From assembly GCF_009914755.1 (NCBI RefSeq), contig NC_060931.1: DNA of 64,000 nt; one strand, given 5' to 3'. Of this stretch, positions 41,700-55,300 are shown one piece after another. Made by a program: the position numbers and the translations under genes. The stretch's first letter is position 1; every line of letters starts with the position of its first letter. Below the pieces are notes generated by a model. It was not told the origin of the DNA and made no database searches. It worked only from the letters and a program-made list of their open reading frames with translations. This DNA comes from the human T2T-CHM13v2.0 reference genome, Homo sapiens.

Positions 41700-42125
41700 A
41701 GAGTAATAATGACTGGTTCAACGATACAGGCCTCAGCCAATCATCATACAGCATTACCCTTAGGCAAAATGAAGGATATAAATTGAATATATGAACTAAG
41801 ATGAGGCTAAGAGACATGGACAATGACTTGCTGGAGGATTTTGGAAATGAAGTTTCTTCCCTCTTAAAAGAGATCCACCAAAAGAGATAGGTTTCCTTCT
41901 TCCTGATGTAGGGGTCAGATGTCTGACATTATACTATAGCCACTTTTCCATCAGGAAAAAAAAAAAAAATTGAGGCTGGCAATGAAGCAAGCACAGAGTG
42001 AATTTGAATAAATTATATTGGACAGAATTACTGAAAAACAGAGATAGGGTGACTAGATCAAGCCAATCTTGAAGCCTGACTTCTATCTGGTCTTCCAGTT
42101 TTGTGAGCCAAAAATTTTTCTTAAC
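41700..42125 (+). mobile_element. Old MLT1 (J/K-like) LTR fragment
   Basis: ctcagccaatcatc...gatcaagccaatcttgaagcc...ccagttttgtgagccaa. Confidence 0.55.
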
Positions 42126-43462
42126 ATATAAGAAAGTTTATAAGGTAGAATGTCAAGGACAACAGAAGGTAAAAAGCCTAAAGTAATAGTCTTGTTTTTA
42201 GCAAAAATCTAGGCATTGATAAGGTTTAGAAATTTATAAAGGAGATCAAATAGGGGAATAGGTCTTAAGAATTTAGATATAATCATTCAAATAAAAAATT
42301 GCCTCACAATTCCAACTTTCAAGTTATCAGAAAAGAAATAATGACAAAAATCTAACTAATGAAAGGCAGGTCAGGAGGGGGAAAATAAAAACAATAAGCA
42401 GTAATAGAAAAATGCAAATTAACCTTCTTTGCACTTTTGTAAAATTAAATCAGCTTAAAACTCAGTAGCTTGAACAGAGTCTGAAGAACTGAAAATACAT
42501 CTACTACTACTTTATAAAAATACAAAAGTTGTTTTTGGAGTGTAAAAGATAATGGGTACTTTTTCTTGAGAAAGTGAGGGTTTATTGCTTGGCTTTCTTG
42601 CATGATGTATTAGTATCACACTCACATTTTCATGCATACTTATCTAGTTACCAGTATATGATAACTAACATGAAATGCTATTTTTCATTTTGAGATGGGC
42701 GTATTTTTAACTGTGTACTTTTTAGAGAAAAACCATTATTTTTTCATACATTTTCATAGTCATTTCACATTCAACAACAAAAAGAAGTAAATAAAACACT
42801 TAACATTTTAAAGTGCTTTTCATATTATTCTGTGTCATTAGAAATGAAAAAAAGTCTTTTCCATTACACTGATCTTCATTTTCCTGTTCTGTATTCTGCT
42901 ATGAGTTCTCTGTTTTTCAAATAAAATTTATGTGTTAAATAACAAATAAATGTTCCCCTGCTTTGTTATAGATTATATTACAGTTTAAATATGTTACATG
43001 TTTAATATTTTATGTATGTTTATTATATGTAACATATATGATTTATGTATATATATACTACAAATATATTAATGCTATTATATGACTAAATAGAAAAGCA
43101 AATTGTAGTATCTTTCTTACTCAAGAATCTAGACATGTTGTCCTGGGAATGTCTTTTCAGAGTAGGTGACATTAGAGCATAGAATTTAATATATTGAGGA
43201 CACGGGCAAGACTACCATTAATATATATGCTTAATTTGGTGCAAAGTCTCCCTTAATATAATTCAAGCTCCACAAGGTCAGATTATGTTTATCTTTTATG
43301 CTACTCAATAGTCAGTGCCTAGCAAAGTGATTGGCTCTTAGTAAGTATCTATGATGGATAATTTTATGCATAACTTGATCAGTCTAAGAAATGTCCAGGT
43401 AGCTGGCAAAACATTATTTCTGAATGTGTCTGTGAAGGTGTTTCCAGGAACGATTAGCACTT

Positions 43463-46129
43463 TAAAAAACATTTTCACTTTTATTTTAAATACAGAGGGT
43501 AGATGTGCAGGTTTGTTACACGCATATATTGCATGATGCTGAGGTTTGGGGTTCAGATCCTGCCACCCAGGTAGTGAGCATAGTATCCAATAGGTAGCGT
43601 TTCAACCAACACCCCTTCCTTCCCTCCCCCCCAGTAGTCCAGAATGTCTATAGTTCTCATATTTATGCCCATGAGTACCTAATGTTTAGCTCCCACTTAT
43701 AGGTGAGAATATATGGTATTTCCTTTTCTGTTTCTGTATTAATTCACTTAGGATTGTGGCCTCTAGCTGCATCCACGTTGCTGCAAAAGATGTTGTGTTA
43801 TTCTTTTTTATGACTACATAATATTCCATGTTGTATCCTTTACCCAATCCAATCTAATGTTGATGGACACCTAGGTTATGTCATGTCTTTGCTATTGTGA
43901 ATAGTGCTGCAATGAACATTATGAGTTCATGTGTCTTTATGGTGGAACTATTTATTTTATTTTGGGTATAACCTAGTAATGGAATTGCTGGATTCAATGG
44001 TAGCTCTGTTTTCTTTTAAGTTCTTTGAGAAATCTCCAAACTGCTTTCCACAGTTGTTGAACTAATTTACATTCCAACCAACAGTGTATAAATGTTGCCT
44101 TTTCTCTGCAGCTTCATCAGCATCTGCTATTATTGGAGTTTGTAATAGCCATTCTGACTAGTGTGAGATGGTATGTCATTGTGGTTTTGATTTATATTTT
44201 TCTGATGATTAATGATGATGAGCATTTTTTCATTGCTTTGCTGGCTACTAGTATGTCTTCTATATTAGTCCATTCTCACACTGCTAATGAAGACATACCC
44301 GAGACTGGGTAATTTATTTAAAAATAAAAAAGAAGTTTAATTGGTGCACATGTCCACAATGCTGAGGAGGCCTCACAATCATGGAGGAAGGTAAAGGAGG
44401 AGCAAAGCCACGTCTTACCTGGCGGCAGGCAAGAGAGCATGCACGCTGGAACTCTCCTGTATAAAACCATCAGATCTTGTGAGACTTATTCACTAACATG
44501 AGAACAGCATGGAAGAAAACCTGCCTCCATGATTCAATTACCTTCCACTGCATCCCTCCCACATCACATGGGGATTGCTACAATTTAAGGTGAGATTTGG
44601 GTGGGAACACAGAGCCAAACCATATCATCTTCTCTCAATGTATAGAAATCAATAAATGTGATGCACCGCATAAACAGAATTAAAAACAAAACACATATGA
44701 TTATCTCAATAGACACGAGAAAAGCTTCTGATAAAATCCAACACATCTTCATGATAAAAACCCTTAACAGATTAGAGGCATTGGAGGAACATACCTCAAA
44801 ATAATAAGAGCCGTCTGTGACAAATCCACAGCCAACATCATACTGAATAGGCAAAAGCTGGAACAATTCCCCTTGAGTACTGTAATAAGACAAGGATGCC
44901 CATTCTTATCACTCCTATTCAACATAGTATTGGAAGTCATAGCCAGAGCAATCAGGCAAGAGAAAAAAAAAAAAGACAACCAAATAGGAAAAGAAGTTAC
45001 CAAACTATCTTCACTGACAATATGATTATATAACTGGAAAACCCTAAGACTTTGCCAAAAGACTCCTGTAACTAATAAATGACTTCAATGAAGTTTCACA
45101 ATACAAAATCAATGTACAAAAGTCAGTCGCACTTCTGTAAGCAAGTAACTTTGAAGCTGAGAGCCAAATCGAGGACACAACTCCATTTATAGTAGCCACA
45201 TAAAAAACTGAAATACCTAGGAATACAGCTAACCAAGGAGAGGAAATATCTGTATGAAGAGAACTACAAAAGACTGCTGAAATAGAGATGACACAAGTAA
45301 ATAAAAGAAATTCCATGTTCATGGATTGGAAAAACTAATATTGTTAAAATGGCCACACTGCCCAAAGCAACTTACAGATTCAGTGCTATTCCTATCAAAC
45401 TACCAACATCATTTTTGACAGAATTAGAAAAACTATTCTAAAATTAACATGGAACCAAAAAAGGGCCCAAATAACTGAAGTGATCCTCAGCAAAAAGAAC
45501 AAAGCATCACATTACCTACTTCAAAGTAACTTTAAGGATACAGTAACCAAATCAGCATGGCACTGGAACAAAAACAGACACTTTGACCAAGGGAACAGAA
45601 TAGGGAACCCAGAAATAAAGCCGCATACCTACAGCTATCTGACCATCAACAAAGCCGACATACCAAGCAATGGGGAAAGGACTTTCTATGTATATGGTGC
45701 TGAGATAACTGGCTAACCACATGCAGAAGAATGAACTGGGCCCCTTTCTTACACCATGTACAAAAATTAACTCAATGTGGATTAATGATTTAAGTGTAAC
45801 ACCTCAAACTATAAAAATCCTAGAAGAAAACCTAGGAGATACCCTTTTTGACATCAGCTGGGGCAAATTATTTTTGGCTAAGTCTGCTAAAGCAATTGCA
45901 ATAAAAGCAAAACGGACAAGTGGGAATCTAATTAAATGAAAGAGCTCCTGCACAGCAAAAGAAGCTATCAACAGAGTAAACAGACAACCTACAGAAAATA
46001 TTTGCAAACTATGCATTCAACAATGGTCTGATGTCCAGAATCTATAAAGAAGTTAAACAAATCAATAAGCAAAAAACAAATAACACCATTAAAAAATGGG
46101 CAAAGGACATGAACAGACACTTCTCAAAG
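43463..46129 (-). mobile_element. L1PA15/16-type element with 5' inversion (3' part minus 43463-44260, inverted part plus ~44634-46129)
   Basis: 3'UTR gcatgatgctgaggtttgggg; the two segments are contiguous in ORF2 (…gacacttctcaaa | agaagacatac…); TSD ATTAGCA(C/T)TT. Confidence 0.88.
44261..44627 (-). mobile_element. THE1B-type solo LTR
   Basis: tatattagtccattctcacactgct...agccaaaccatatca; perfect TSD TCTTC. Confidence 0.92.
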
Positions 46130-47519
46130 AATTAGCATTTGAGTCAGTAAACTGAGTAGAGAAGATCTGCCCTCACCAGCATGGGTGGGCATTATCCAAT
46201 CTGTAGAGGGACTCAGTAGAACAAAAAGGCAGATGAAGGGCACATTCTCTCTTTCTCTTCTTGAGCTGGGACATCCATCTTCTCCTGCCCTTAGACACTG
46301 GAGCTCTTTTTTCTTGGGTCTTCAGACTAAGATTTACACCAGTGACTGCCCCCCTCAGGTCTTTGGCCTTGGACTGAATTATACCACCAATTTGCCTTGG
46401 GTCTCCAGTAAGAAAGTGGTATCCAAATAGCATAATAAGGGACTTCTCAGCCTTCATAATCATGCAAGCCAATTATCATTAATTTTCATATATATACTGT
46501 TAGTGCTATTGCTCTAGAGAACCCCGACTAATATGGCACTCCATAAATATATGTTAAATAAGTGAATGAATACATGAAATAAGAAGAGTCTGGCTCTATC
46601 CGCAGTATAATTACAATATTCTATTTGGTCCAGATATGTAGATTTCTTTACAACAACAAATAATGAAATGTTGAAAATGAACATTAACAATTTAGATAGT
46701 ATTTCCTAGAGAAATTCTGAAGAATTCTATGCACAGAAATAATAAAGGCTTCCAGATGTCACCACAAATGAAATAATCACCTCTCTGACTCTGGAAGTGA
46801 TCCCAGAGAGTGTGCACTCCTCTGTGGCCTCCATAATACTCTATAGACTTGGAAGCCCCTATTGTGGTGTGAATATGACAGTTATGGCCAAGGGATGCTT
46901 AGGGTTTGATTCAAGGCTGTTAAGAGCAAAGAAGAAACAATAAAGTGTTGCTGTCTGCCTACCATGCCCCAGGGCAGCATAAGGGGCACTAGAGAATGAG
47001 AGAAAATGAAATAATTATTACCCATGAAAACATAGTCTTTCTTAGTTTGGATAGAAAATTCTAATAAGATTTCCAGTAGAACGGTCATATTGCCATTTCC
47101 CAGTTTCTATTTTTCTAAGAGGAATGAGGCTACAAGAGCCAGACATAGGTAGAACAAAGCATCCAGAATTGTATTCTATTAGCCTTTCCCAAACTTGATT
47201 ATTTTTTTTCTATGTTTACTTGTCATTTGTGACAAGTAAAAGTCAACTTTTGCATAGTATCTAAATAACAACAACCCAATTCCTCACCCATCATGTATGT
47301 TAGAATCCAGTTACTCACCAAGGGAATTGGTCTGTGTATTGTTGAATCACTGTATCACTGTGTCTGTGGAGGAAAGGAGTGTTCAGAACTTGCTGATCCA
47401 CCACTTTGCTGATATCCAGCATTATTTTTAAAATAATACCAAAGATGTCACTTACTATGTGACCTGGTAATGTGAGAAGCATATACTTATTTTCACACAG
47501 GGTTGTTGTGGCTGTGAAT

Positions 47520-47880
47520 TAATATTCTCTGTTTGTAAACAACAGAAATGAACTCTGACTAACCACCAGGAAAAACAAGAACAAAGCAGCCCTTCAGATT
47601 TAGATTTTGTGAACTAGTAAACAATCTTTTTAAGGCACAGTCATTGTGGGAGAATCATTAGCTCCAATTGTGATGCTTTGCACAAGATCCAAATTGAAGG
47701 GGAACTTCACTTTCTAGCTTCGATTATTTTTCCTTCTTAATTGATAGTTTTACAAATTCTTAATTGACAGTTTTACTAAGACTGCTTATAATGAAAGAGG
47801 TAATTCTAAAAGAAAAAGAGAGTACTTTTAGCAAGAGAAGGAGAAATGCTTTGTGGGCAAAAATAACAGAGGCCCACTAA
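47520..47880 (-). mobile_element. Very old MLT1 fragment
   Basis: gtttgtaaacaacagaaatgaactctgactaac...agaaggagaaatgctttgtgggcaaaaataacagaggcccacta. Confidence 0.45.
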
Positions 47881-47893
47881 ACATCTTACATGA

Positions 47894-48162
47894 TTTTTTT
47901 TTTTTTTTTTTTTTTTTTGAGAGGGAGTCTCACTCTGTCACCCAGGCTGGAGTGCAGTGGTGCGATCTCGGCTCACTGCAAGCTCCGCAGTAGCTGGGAC
48001 TACAGGCACCTGCCACCACGCCCGGCTAATTTTTTGTATTTTTAGTAGAGACAGGATTTACACAGTGTTAGCCAGGATGGTCTCAATCTCCAGACCTCGT
48101 GATCCCCCGGCCTCGGCCTCCCAAAGTGCTGGGATTACAGACGTGAGCCACCGTGCCCGGCC
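47894..48162 (-). mobile_element. AluY with ~38-bp right-arm deletion
   Basis: gcaagctccgc joined directly to agtagctgggactac; AluY diagnostics; long T tail. Confidence 0.9.
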
Positions 48163-48492
48163 TATGATGTTTTTCAATTTTTCAAATGATGATATCTTCA
48201 CTCGATTTTTTCCAAACTTGTTCACCTTTCTTACTCCAAAATCTTTGTTGTATTTCAGTAGCTAATAGAATAAATTTAAAATGTATTAACATTATGTTTG
48301 AGGATCTTGTTAATCTGAACTCAGCTTGTACTTTCCATCTCTTATCTCTTTCCACTTTTACTTCCCTCTTCACCAATGTACTCCTACCATTATTCATCCT
48401 GGTCACATAAGCCTATTCCAAATTTTCCAAATATATAAGTCACTCGTAGAACTTTATACATGCTTGCCATTTGCCTGGAATGCATTTACATC

Positions 48493-48587
48493 TCTCTGTC
48501 TATCTCTTTCTCTATCTGTCTCTCTCTGTCTCTGTCTCTCTCTTTCTCTCTGTCTCTCTCTCTTTCTCTCCCTCCCACTCTCTCCTC
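48493..48587. repeat. CT-rich simple repeat
   Basis: ctctctgtctatctctttctct... Confidence 0.8.
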
Positions 48588-48689
48588 ACCCCAACAACTC
48601 CCCCAGCTCAGATAGTTTATAAGATTATTATCTCAAGGAAGAAGGAACTTAGAGAAGTAAAGTTATCTGACAAACACCCCAACATAGAT

Positions 48690-48800
48690 GCTTAAGGGCC
48701 CACCACAACATTCTGGGTAAGCTTTGTCCAGTTTGTGTGCTGTCATCTTCAGTAATAGAAAATTTACTGCTTCCTGATGCAGCCCATTTGACATTGTGAT
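48690..48800 (-). mobile_element. L3/MIR3-type fragment
   Basis: cttcagtaatagaaaatttactgcttcctgatgcagcccattt. Confidence 0.45.
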
Positions 48801-48977
48801 ATATTTGGCTCTTGGAAACCTCTGAAAAGACAAGGCTGGAAAAACACAACTCATTCTTTAAGGTCTAAATCATGTGTTAATTATTCTATGAAACCTAGTC
48901 TGATATCCAGAATAAAAGTAATCACCCATATGTACTCCCAAAGTTATAATATTATTATATTATACTACCATTATTTT

Positions 48978-49009
<32 letters not shown>

Positions 49010-49292
49010 CTTTTTTTGAGACAGAGTCTCGCTCTGCTGCCAGGCTGGAGTGCAGTGGCGCAATCTCGGCTCACTGCAACCTCCAAATCCCTGGTTCAAG
49101 CCTCCTGCCTCTGCCTCCCGAGTAGCTGGGATTACAGGCATGCACCACCACACCCAGGTAATTTTTGTATTTTTAGTAAAGACGGAGTTTCGCCATGTTG
49201 GCCAGGATGGTCTCGATCTCCTGACCTTGTGATGAACCCACCTCAGCCTCCCAAAGTGCTGGGATTACAGGCGTGAGCTGCCACGCCCAGCC
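48978..49292 (-). mobile_element. AluSc with (TA)n in the tail region
   Basis: ctctgctgccaggctgg and ggccaggatggtctcgatctc diagnostics. Confidence 0.9.
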
Positions 49293-49487
49293 TTATATTA
49301 TTATATTATACTAATGTCCATTAGTATTTGTTCATAGTAATATTATTCTATTATTATACTAATCATACTATCATACTAATATTACCATCTACTACAATTA
49401 CTTTTGCTTGCCTTTACTTCCAAGCCTGCTTTTGATTTTCTTATAGATAGGTACTGTGCATTAACTTTCGCTTTCTAGTGCAAACCA

Positions 49488-49531
49488 GTGGAACCAATTT
49501 CCCCGACCCCGGATACCAAGGGACAATTGTA
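49488..49531. mobile_element. MER2 (Tigger) terminal fragment
   Basis: tggaaccaatttcccc...ggataccaagggacaattgta. Confidence 0.5.
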
Positions 49532-51654
49532 AACTATCTGATTCATTTCCCTATTAGACGAGAACGATAATCTTTTTGGCTAATGATGTTATCTCCTAAC
49601 AGCTTCTTAGAGTTTGAGGTTATACAAAGTCAGGAGTACTACCATCACTGACATAGTGCCTTCATTATTTGCAAGACATCGTTCATAAGCAGTGCTAATA
49701 TATATATTTTAGATTTTTAATGTTAACATCTTTCATTCACTGGTGTATATTAACAAAAATAGAGTATACTTGTCTTCTTAAATGTAGGCCTTTTACACTG
49801 TTATTACTCTAAAATTCAAATTTCTTTCCTTGACCACTACTCCTATTTCTTCTGTCTTGCTCCAACGTATTTCTATTATTACTTTTTCAACACGTGTCTA
49901 GTAAATAAAATAGCGGTAGAGATTGTAGATGACATTTTAAAAAGGCAAAGGAAAACTTACTAATTAACAATAATTATCATAATTTTATAGTCAACAGCTA
50001 CCTTTCAATTTTCTTTGAAAAAAGTGACATGTAAAAAAAGTGTTCTCACAGAATCAAGTAGACAAGTAAAACATTATTGGAGGGGACATTTGGGAGTACA
50101 CAGGATATCTTAAGAAAACTTGACAAATGTGAAAAACAAAAGTATAGCAGGAAATAGGGGCTCCTAAACCCACCTATCCCTGTGGAATAAAATGCTCGCC
50201 CTCACTTTTTTCTTAAACAGCCCTCAAATAGACTTCCTCTAAAACCATCTTTCTCCAGGATTGCTATGTACCTACCCTTTCTGTGACTAACTGGAAGAGT
50301 TGCTTATTTCCCCTGTCCCTACTACTCAGCAAGAAAGAATAAGAACAAACACAGACTATTCAACTACAAAACATAAGCTCATAAATAATGTAAAGATATA
50401 GCTACACATTAATAAGATTGATTTTCCCGAGGGACATTAAGAAAACAGTTTATTAGTGCGTAGTCCCAACTCATTTGTATGTATTTATTTATCTCTACTT
50501 TTATCATAAGAATAATAAATCTTCAAGGGGAACAAAGTCAAATACTACAAATATATCACAGAGTGAACATTCATTAATATTGATAAAGATCTTTGAAATT
50601 TTCATTCTATGTTATCTTAATGATAACTTAGAACCTTTGAGAAAAGTTTACATTATGCCCTTTGTAATAAGGCAGATAAATGTACAGCAAATATATGCTC
50701 TCTAATAGGTATGTACTCATACCTGGAAAAGTTATGTGTGTGTGTCTGTGTGTAAATTTGTTTCCTGAAATGGCCAGATAAATGAGTCATTCGTTAATCA
50801 GGAAATAATAGTCAAATAATCAAGAATGTGTATTTTTACATGAATTTACTGTATGAAGATAATACCCAATCTTGGTGAGGAAAAGATGAAATAGGCACAT
50901 TCTTATTTTTTTAAAATGAGAATATGTAAGGGTGACCTAGAAAATATACCATAGAAATTTGTCCTAAGAAAATAATTTATCTTAACAAATTTATCCTGAG
51001 AAAATGCTCAAATACTTATGTATAACCATTTCATTTAGTATTATTTTTACTAGCAAAAATTTAAAACTTGCTAAACTTCCAAAGTGGGAGTCGATCAAAA
51101 AACTATAGCTAATTCATTTAATAAAAAACTAGAGATTCATTAAAAATTATAATGCCATAAGTTTATAATAATGGAAAATATTAAATTAAAAAACACAACT
51201 ACTTTTATAGTTTGTTTCTTTATTTCATCATTTTTCTGCATTTGCTAATTTTTATTTAAAAATCATATATCAAAATGAGCCATTATCAAATAAAAATATT
51301 GATAATGTTTATGGCATGTACAGTTCCTCAACATCTTGCCCATTCCCTTGAGTACTATATTGAACTTATGTTGTAAGAGCAAAGAGAACACACTGGTATC
51401 TACACAGAAATATAAGAGATTTTTGTAACTTGTATGCAAGGTTTAGTAGATTGGGCTCCCACAGGGAAGAAATCCAGGAGGCACCATTCCTATTGTAGTC
51501 AATGTGAAAAATTCCCATTGAGTTTACACAGTGCACAATAATCTGCATGGCTAGATGAGGAAGCCTTGGTAGGAGGCCAAGAAATGACGAAAAAGAGAAA
51601 GAGCCAAGGGATTTCTTGCTACCAGTATCAGAAGGGATGGGTGTTACTCCAAGT

Positions 51655-51848
51655 CAGGGTCCAGTAAACTATGGCCTGCAGGCCATAAAAAAGGTTTTTC
51701 TGGAACACAGCCATGCTCACTTGTTTACCTATTATCTATTGCTGATTTTATGCTATAACAAAAGAGCTGAGTATTTGTGAGGATATAGCCCACAAAGATG
51801 AAAATCTTTACTATGCTACTCTATACAGGAAAGGTTTGCCAACCCCTG
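51655..51848 (+). mobile_element. MER58A (hAT-Charlie)
   Basis: TIRs CAGGGTCCAGTAAACT / GGTTTGCCAACCCCTG; ggaacacagccatgctcacttgtttac. Confidence 0.85.
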
Positions 51849-51921
51849 CTGAAGTACACTGCAATCGTGAAAACAAATCAAGTAATAAAACCCAACAAGT
51901 AAATAAAAAAACCTCATAGGG

Positions 51922-52333
51922 TATAGTGGATATTACTATTGCCCATAAATATTTCCGATTCTCTTTTCCTTTCAGGCATATAGGAGGATTGCTCTTTTTT
52001 GACTCCTCGAACTTTAAGCAATCCCATAGGTCTTCCTTTGGCAATAAAATGTGAGCAGAGGTACCATGAATCACTTCCTGATTGAAGTGTTAAAGTGAAT
52101 GTGTGTGGCTTTTCATGCTGTGCTTTATCTTGCTGCTGTGGTTATCGAAGCTCTGACGATATGGAGGTGTAACCTGGGATACTGACTTCCATCATGTAGG
52201 TCAGTTGTCCTGGAGAATTACCTAAGCCCAGCAGAAATTGTGTGAAAGATAAATAAATCTTCAATGCATTAGGTATTGAGATTTGGGGGCTGTTTATTAC
52301 CATAATATTTACCCCGCCTATCATGACTAAGAG
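51922..52333 (+). mobile_element. MLT1I/J LTR
   Basis: ctttggcaataaaatgtgagcagagg...tgagatttgggggctgtttattacc...gcctatcatgactaa. Confidence 0.7.
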
Positions 52334-55300
52334 AACGACTTTTTTTATAATGTGTTAATAGCTAGTAGATTCACGGTAAAAAAAATAATAATAATAAGTT
52401 AAAAAACAACAGAAAGCCATTTCTTCAACTGCCTGCAGAGCATGAACATGATAGGTATAGGATTCCTCAAAAGACGTATTTATGACTGCTATCTTAAATA
52501 GAATTTTAGTAACTAGAAAACCATATATATTCTTACTAATATGCCCATATCTACATATTTTAAGTGGTAAATCACTATAGAATTCAGTTTGTCAAAGAAT
52601 TATAGTCATAAGAAGAAAATTTTAATTAAATTAATAGAATAAGAAATAAAAATTGATATAATTCAGTTTTAATTATCAGGAATATATTACAACCTCAGTT
52701 TATTAAAAAAAATCCTACATTTCATAAACTTTTGATTTTATTTTATTTTTTAAGCATTACCATCTGTGGTACAATGAAATAGCAAATTGACTGGAGCCAG
52801 TAGTCCATTATTTTAACAATTGTACAGATACAAATATAACAAAATATGTTTGTCTTTTTAAGTTGTAGCACAAAAGAACATGGGCTTTAAAACCGAAGCT
52901 TGGATTTGATGGAACTTTTTGTTTTCAAAGGAAAATTAAAAACTAAAATACCTAGATTTTGTTTCTCTCCTGAATTTGCTGGTGTCAGAGCTGGGTTAAA
53001 TAAAGCTCACAATCTTGGTCTTTTCATGGCAGTCATGAATTTTCCATGAGGTTGAAATTGAGATAGCATGGAAGATTTCCCCATTGTGTCACACAGAATG
53101 TTTGAATTTGGTTTGGCCAACATTCTCCAGCACATAATCTTTTTATTCTCCCCAAAACCCTAAAGCACGATTTGTGAATCTGGCAAATTACTTAACCATT
53201 TAAATTCGAGATTCATAGTTTATTATATCAACTAAGTTTCTAGACTCTCTTGGATAAATCAAAGTAGTAAGCTTTGACAAACTGAAAAAAAAAGCTATCT
53301 AACATTTGATTAGTCTTGAGGAAATTCTGCTATTTTATTTACCCTGTTAAAAAAGAAGAAAATGGTATGCTTTCCATTTAGAAATTATTAAAAGTATAAC
53401 TATGTTTTAAAAAATCATAAAGAAGAAATTGTTATATATGCATACATATATAAACAGATACACATAACCTACAGATGATAATTGGGAATTATTTTATAAT
53501 GAGTTTATACTAATTATATCTTAAAAGAAAAATAGATAAGGAAAATAAATTCGGTCAGAACACACTTCAAAAGAAATAACTTCATCATAACCTTTCAATT
53601 ACATCTTCATTATTATTCTCCCTGAACTGATGTGGCACATATTTTTTAAATTGAGTCACAAAGGATTTTTTTTTTTCAGACATAAATTGGTAAAACTATT
53701 TGGAGCATGAAAGAAAAGATCAAACGGGCCAACTGGGAACAAAACATAGTGATCAGAATTCAAGATAAGCCACAACACATAATAATCCTAATTACCAATC
53801 TTTAATTAAACTACGGGGAGAATTTATGTCCCAAATAAACTCTTTCTCACAGCTTTTTCTGACTTCAAGATTGAATGTTTCGATGTGTATAAATAACAGC
53901 CAAAGAGGAAGCTTATTATTTAGTGTCTTATCATTTATAGAAATCTAAAGTCAGAAATAACATATGTTAAATGCAAAGTTCAAAACAAAATATGATCTTC
54001 AGGGGTATTGTTGCAAAATATTTGAAATTAACAAGCTTATTAATTCTGACAAAACTGACAAATTTATGAATGCCCAACTGATGAATTAAAGAACAGAGTA
54101 TATTTGCAATGCTTTTAATGAATTCATTTAGAAATAATCTACTGCTGCAAAGTAGATTTTTCTCTGGGGAATAAACAAAAAAGCCAAGTGGGTTTTATGT
54201 GATTGGGTATGGTATTAATGTGAATTAGCCTCTACTTGAAAGAGTAGACCTACTCAAAGTATATTGAATAAATTTCATGTTTCCCATTGTCCTGGCTATT
54301 GGACTGAGTTTTGCTTTTTTCTGACCCCAGTTTTGCTCTCTTCTTGGAGAGCCTTAGTCAAGGAGGTAATTGCATTGAGTGTGATTTTTCCCAATAAGGA
54401 AGATCCAATGTTAATTTCCATATGTGTTAAATCTAATCAACATTGCACAGTGTTATAGTTCACCCAATAACTGAACGTTTTTTCTAAAACAATTTATTTT
54501 TGGTGTGGGCCTAATTATTTATTGCACTTCTTAGTTTTAGATTTTTTTCCTTTGCTTGATTTTTTTTTCAGAAATTTCTAGAGATGTAACATACTGTGGT
54601 GTAATATCTGACATTTCTTTGCTAGGATCTTAACTTCACTCTCACAGATGGACCCACCTGTGGCTACGTTTACACACTATGATCCTAGCTATTTTTCCTA
54701 GTGTTGGAATGTTGGTCTGAGATATGGAAATGGTGAGTAGCATTAGAAGGTTAGCCTTAGAAATAGTTCAGCTTTTAAGGTGGGGTAGTTAAACCCTGTC
54801 ATTGAGACTAAGAGCTTTTCTTTGTAGAAAACTTGCAAGGAAATTTTCTCTTGGATTGGATTCTGTGAGACAAGATGGCCCAATGTTTCATATGAAATAG
54901 TTTTTATTTGTTGTTTACTTGTTTTGCTTAAGTCAATCTACGTTAGTGTCTATTCTCTCAAAAATTCTAATACCCAAGTAATACCAAAGCGTTGGCATTG
55001 GCAATCCAGCATAAATATCACCAGTGTTGACACTGCCTGTCATCACTTCAAAACATAGTTTACTGTTAAACATGAGACACAATGTCTTATCTGAGGAAGA
55101 AATACATATTGCTTTTGATGGCTTTGTCTGAACAGAGCCTTCTTACCAATGCCCCAAACTATCAAGCTATTTTAAGTAATGCAGTCTTGAGTGAACAACA
55201 CATATTTTAATGAAAATTTTACAAGTAACATATGTACATTCTAGTAACAGTTAATGACATTCCTTGTTATTGTGATGACATTGTTCTCTATGTGACTGCA

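Larger units (their letters stand above)
43350..46535 (+). mobile_element. MLT2D-type LTR split by L1 (43350-43462 and 46131-46535)
   Basis: tatgatggataattttatg...ggcaaaacattatttctg...attagc, resuming at attagcatttgagtcagtaaactgagtagagaagat...gagaaccccgactaat. Confidence 0.85.
43250..46572 (+). mobile_element. L2 3' end, split into 43250-43349 and 46536-46572
   Basis: aagctccacaaggtcag...cagtgcctagcaaagtg...tagtaag, resuming at gcactccataaatatatgttaaataagtgaatgaat. Confidence 0.65.
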
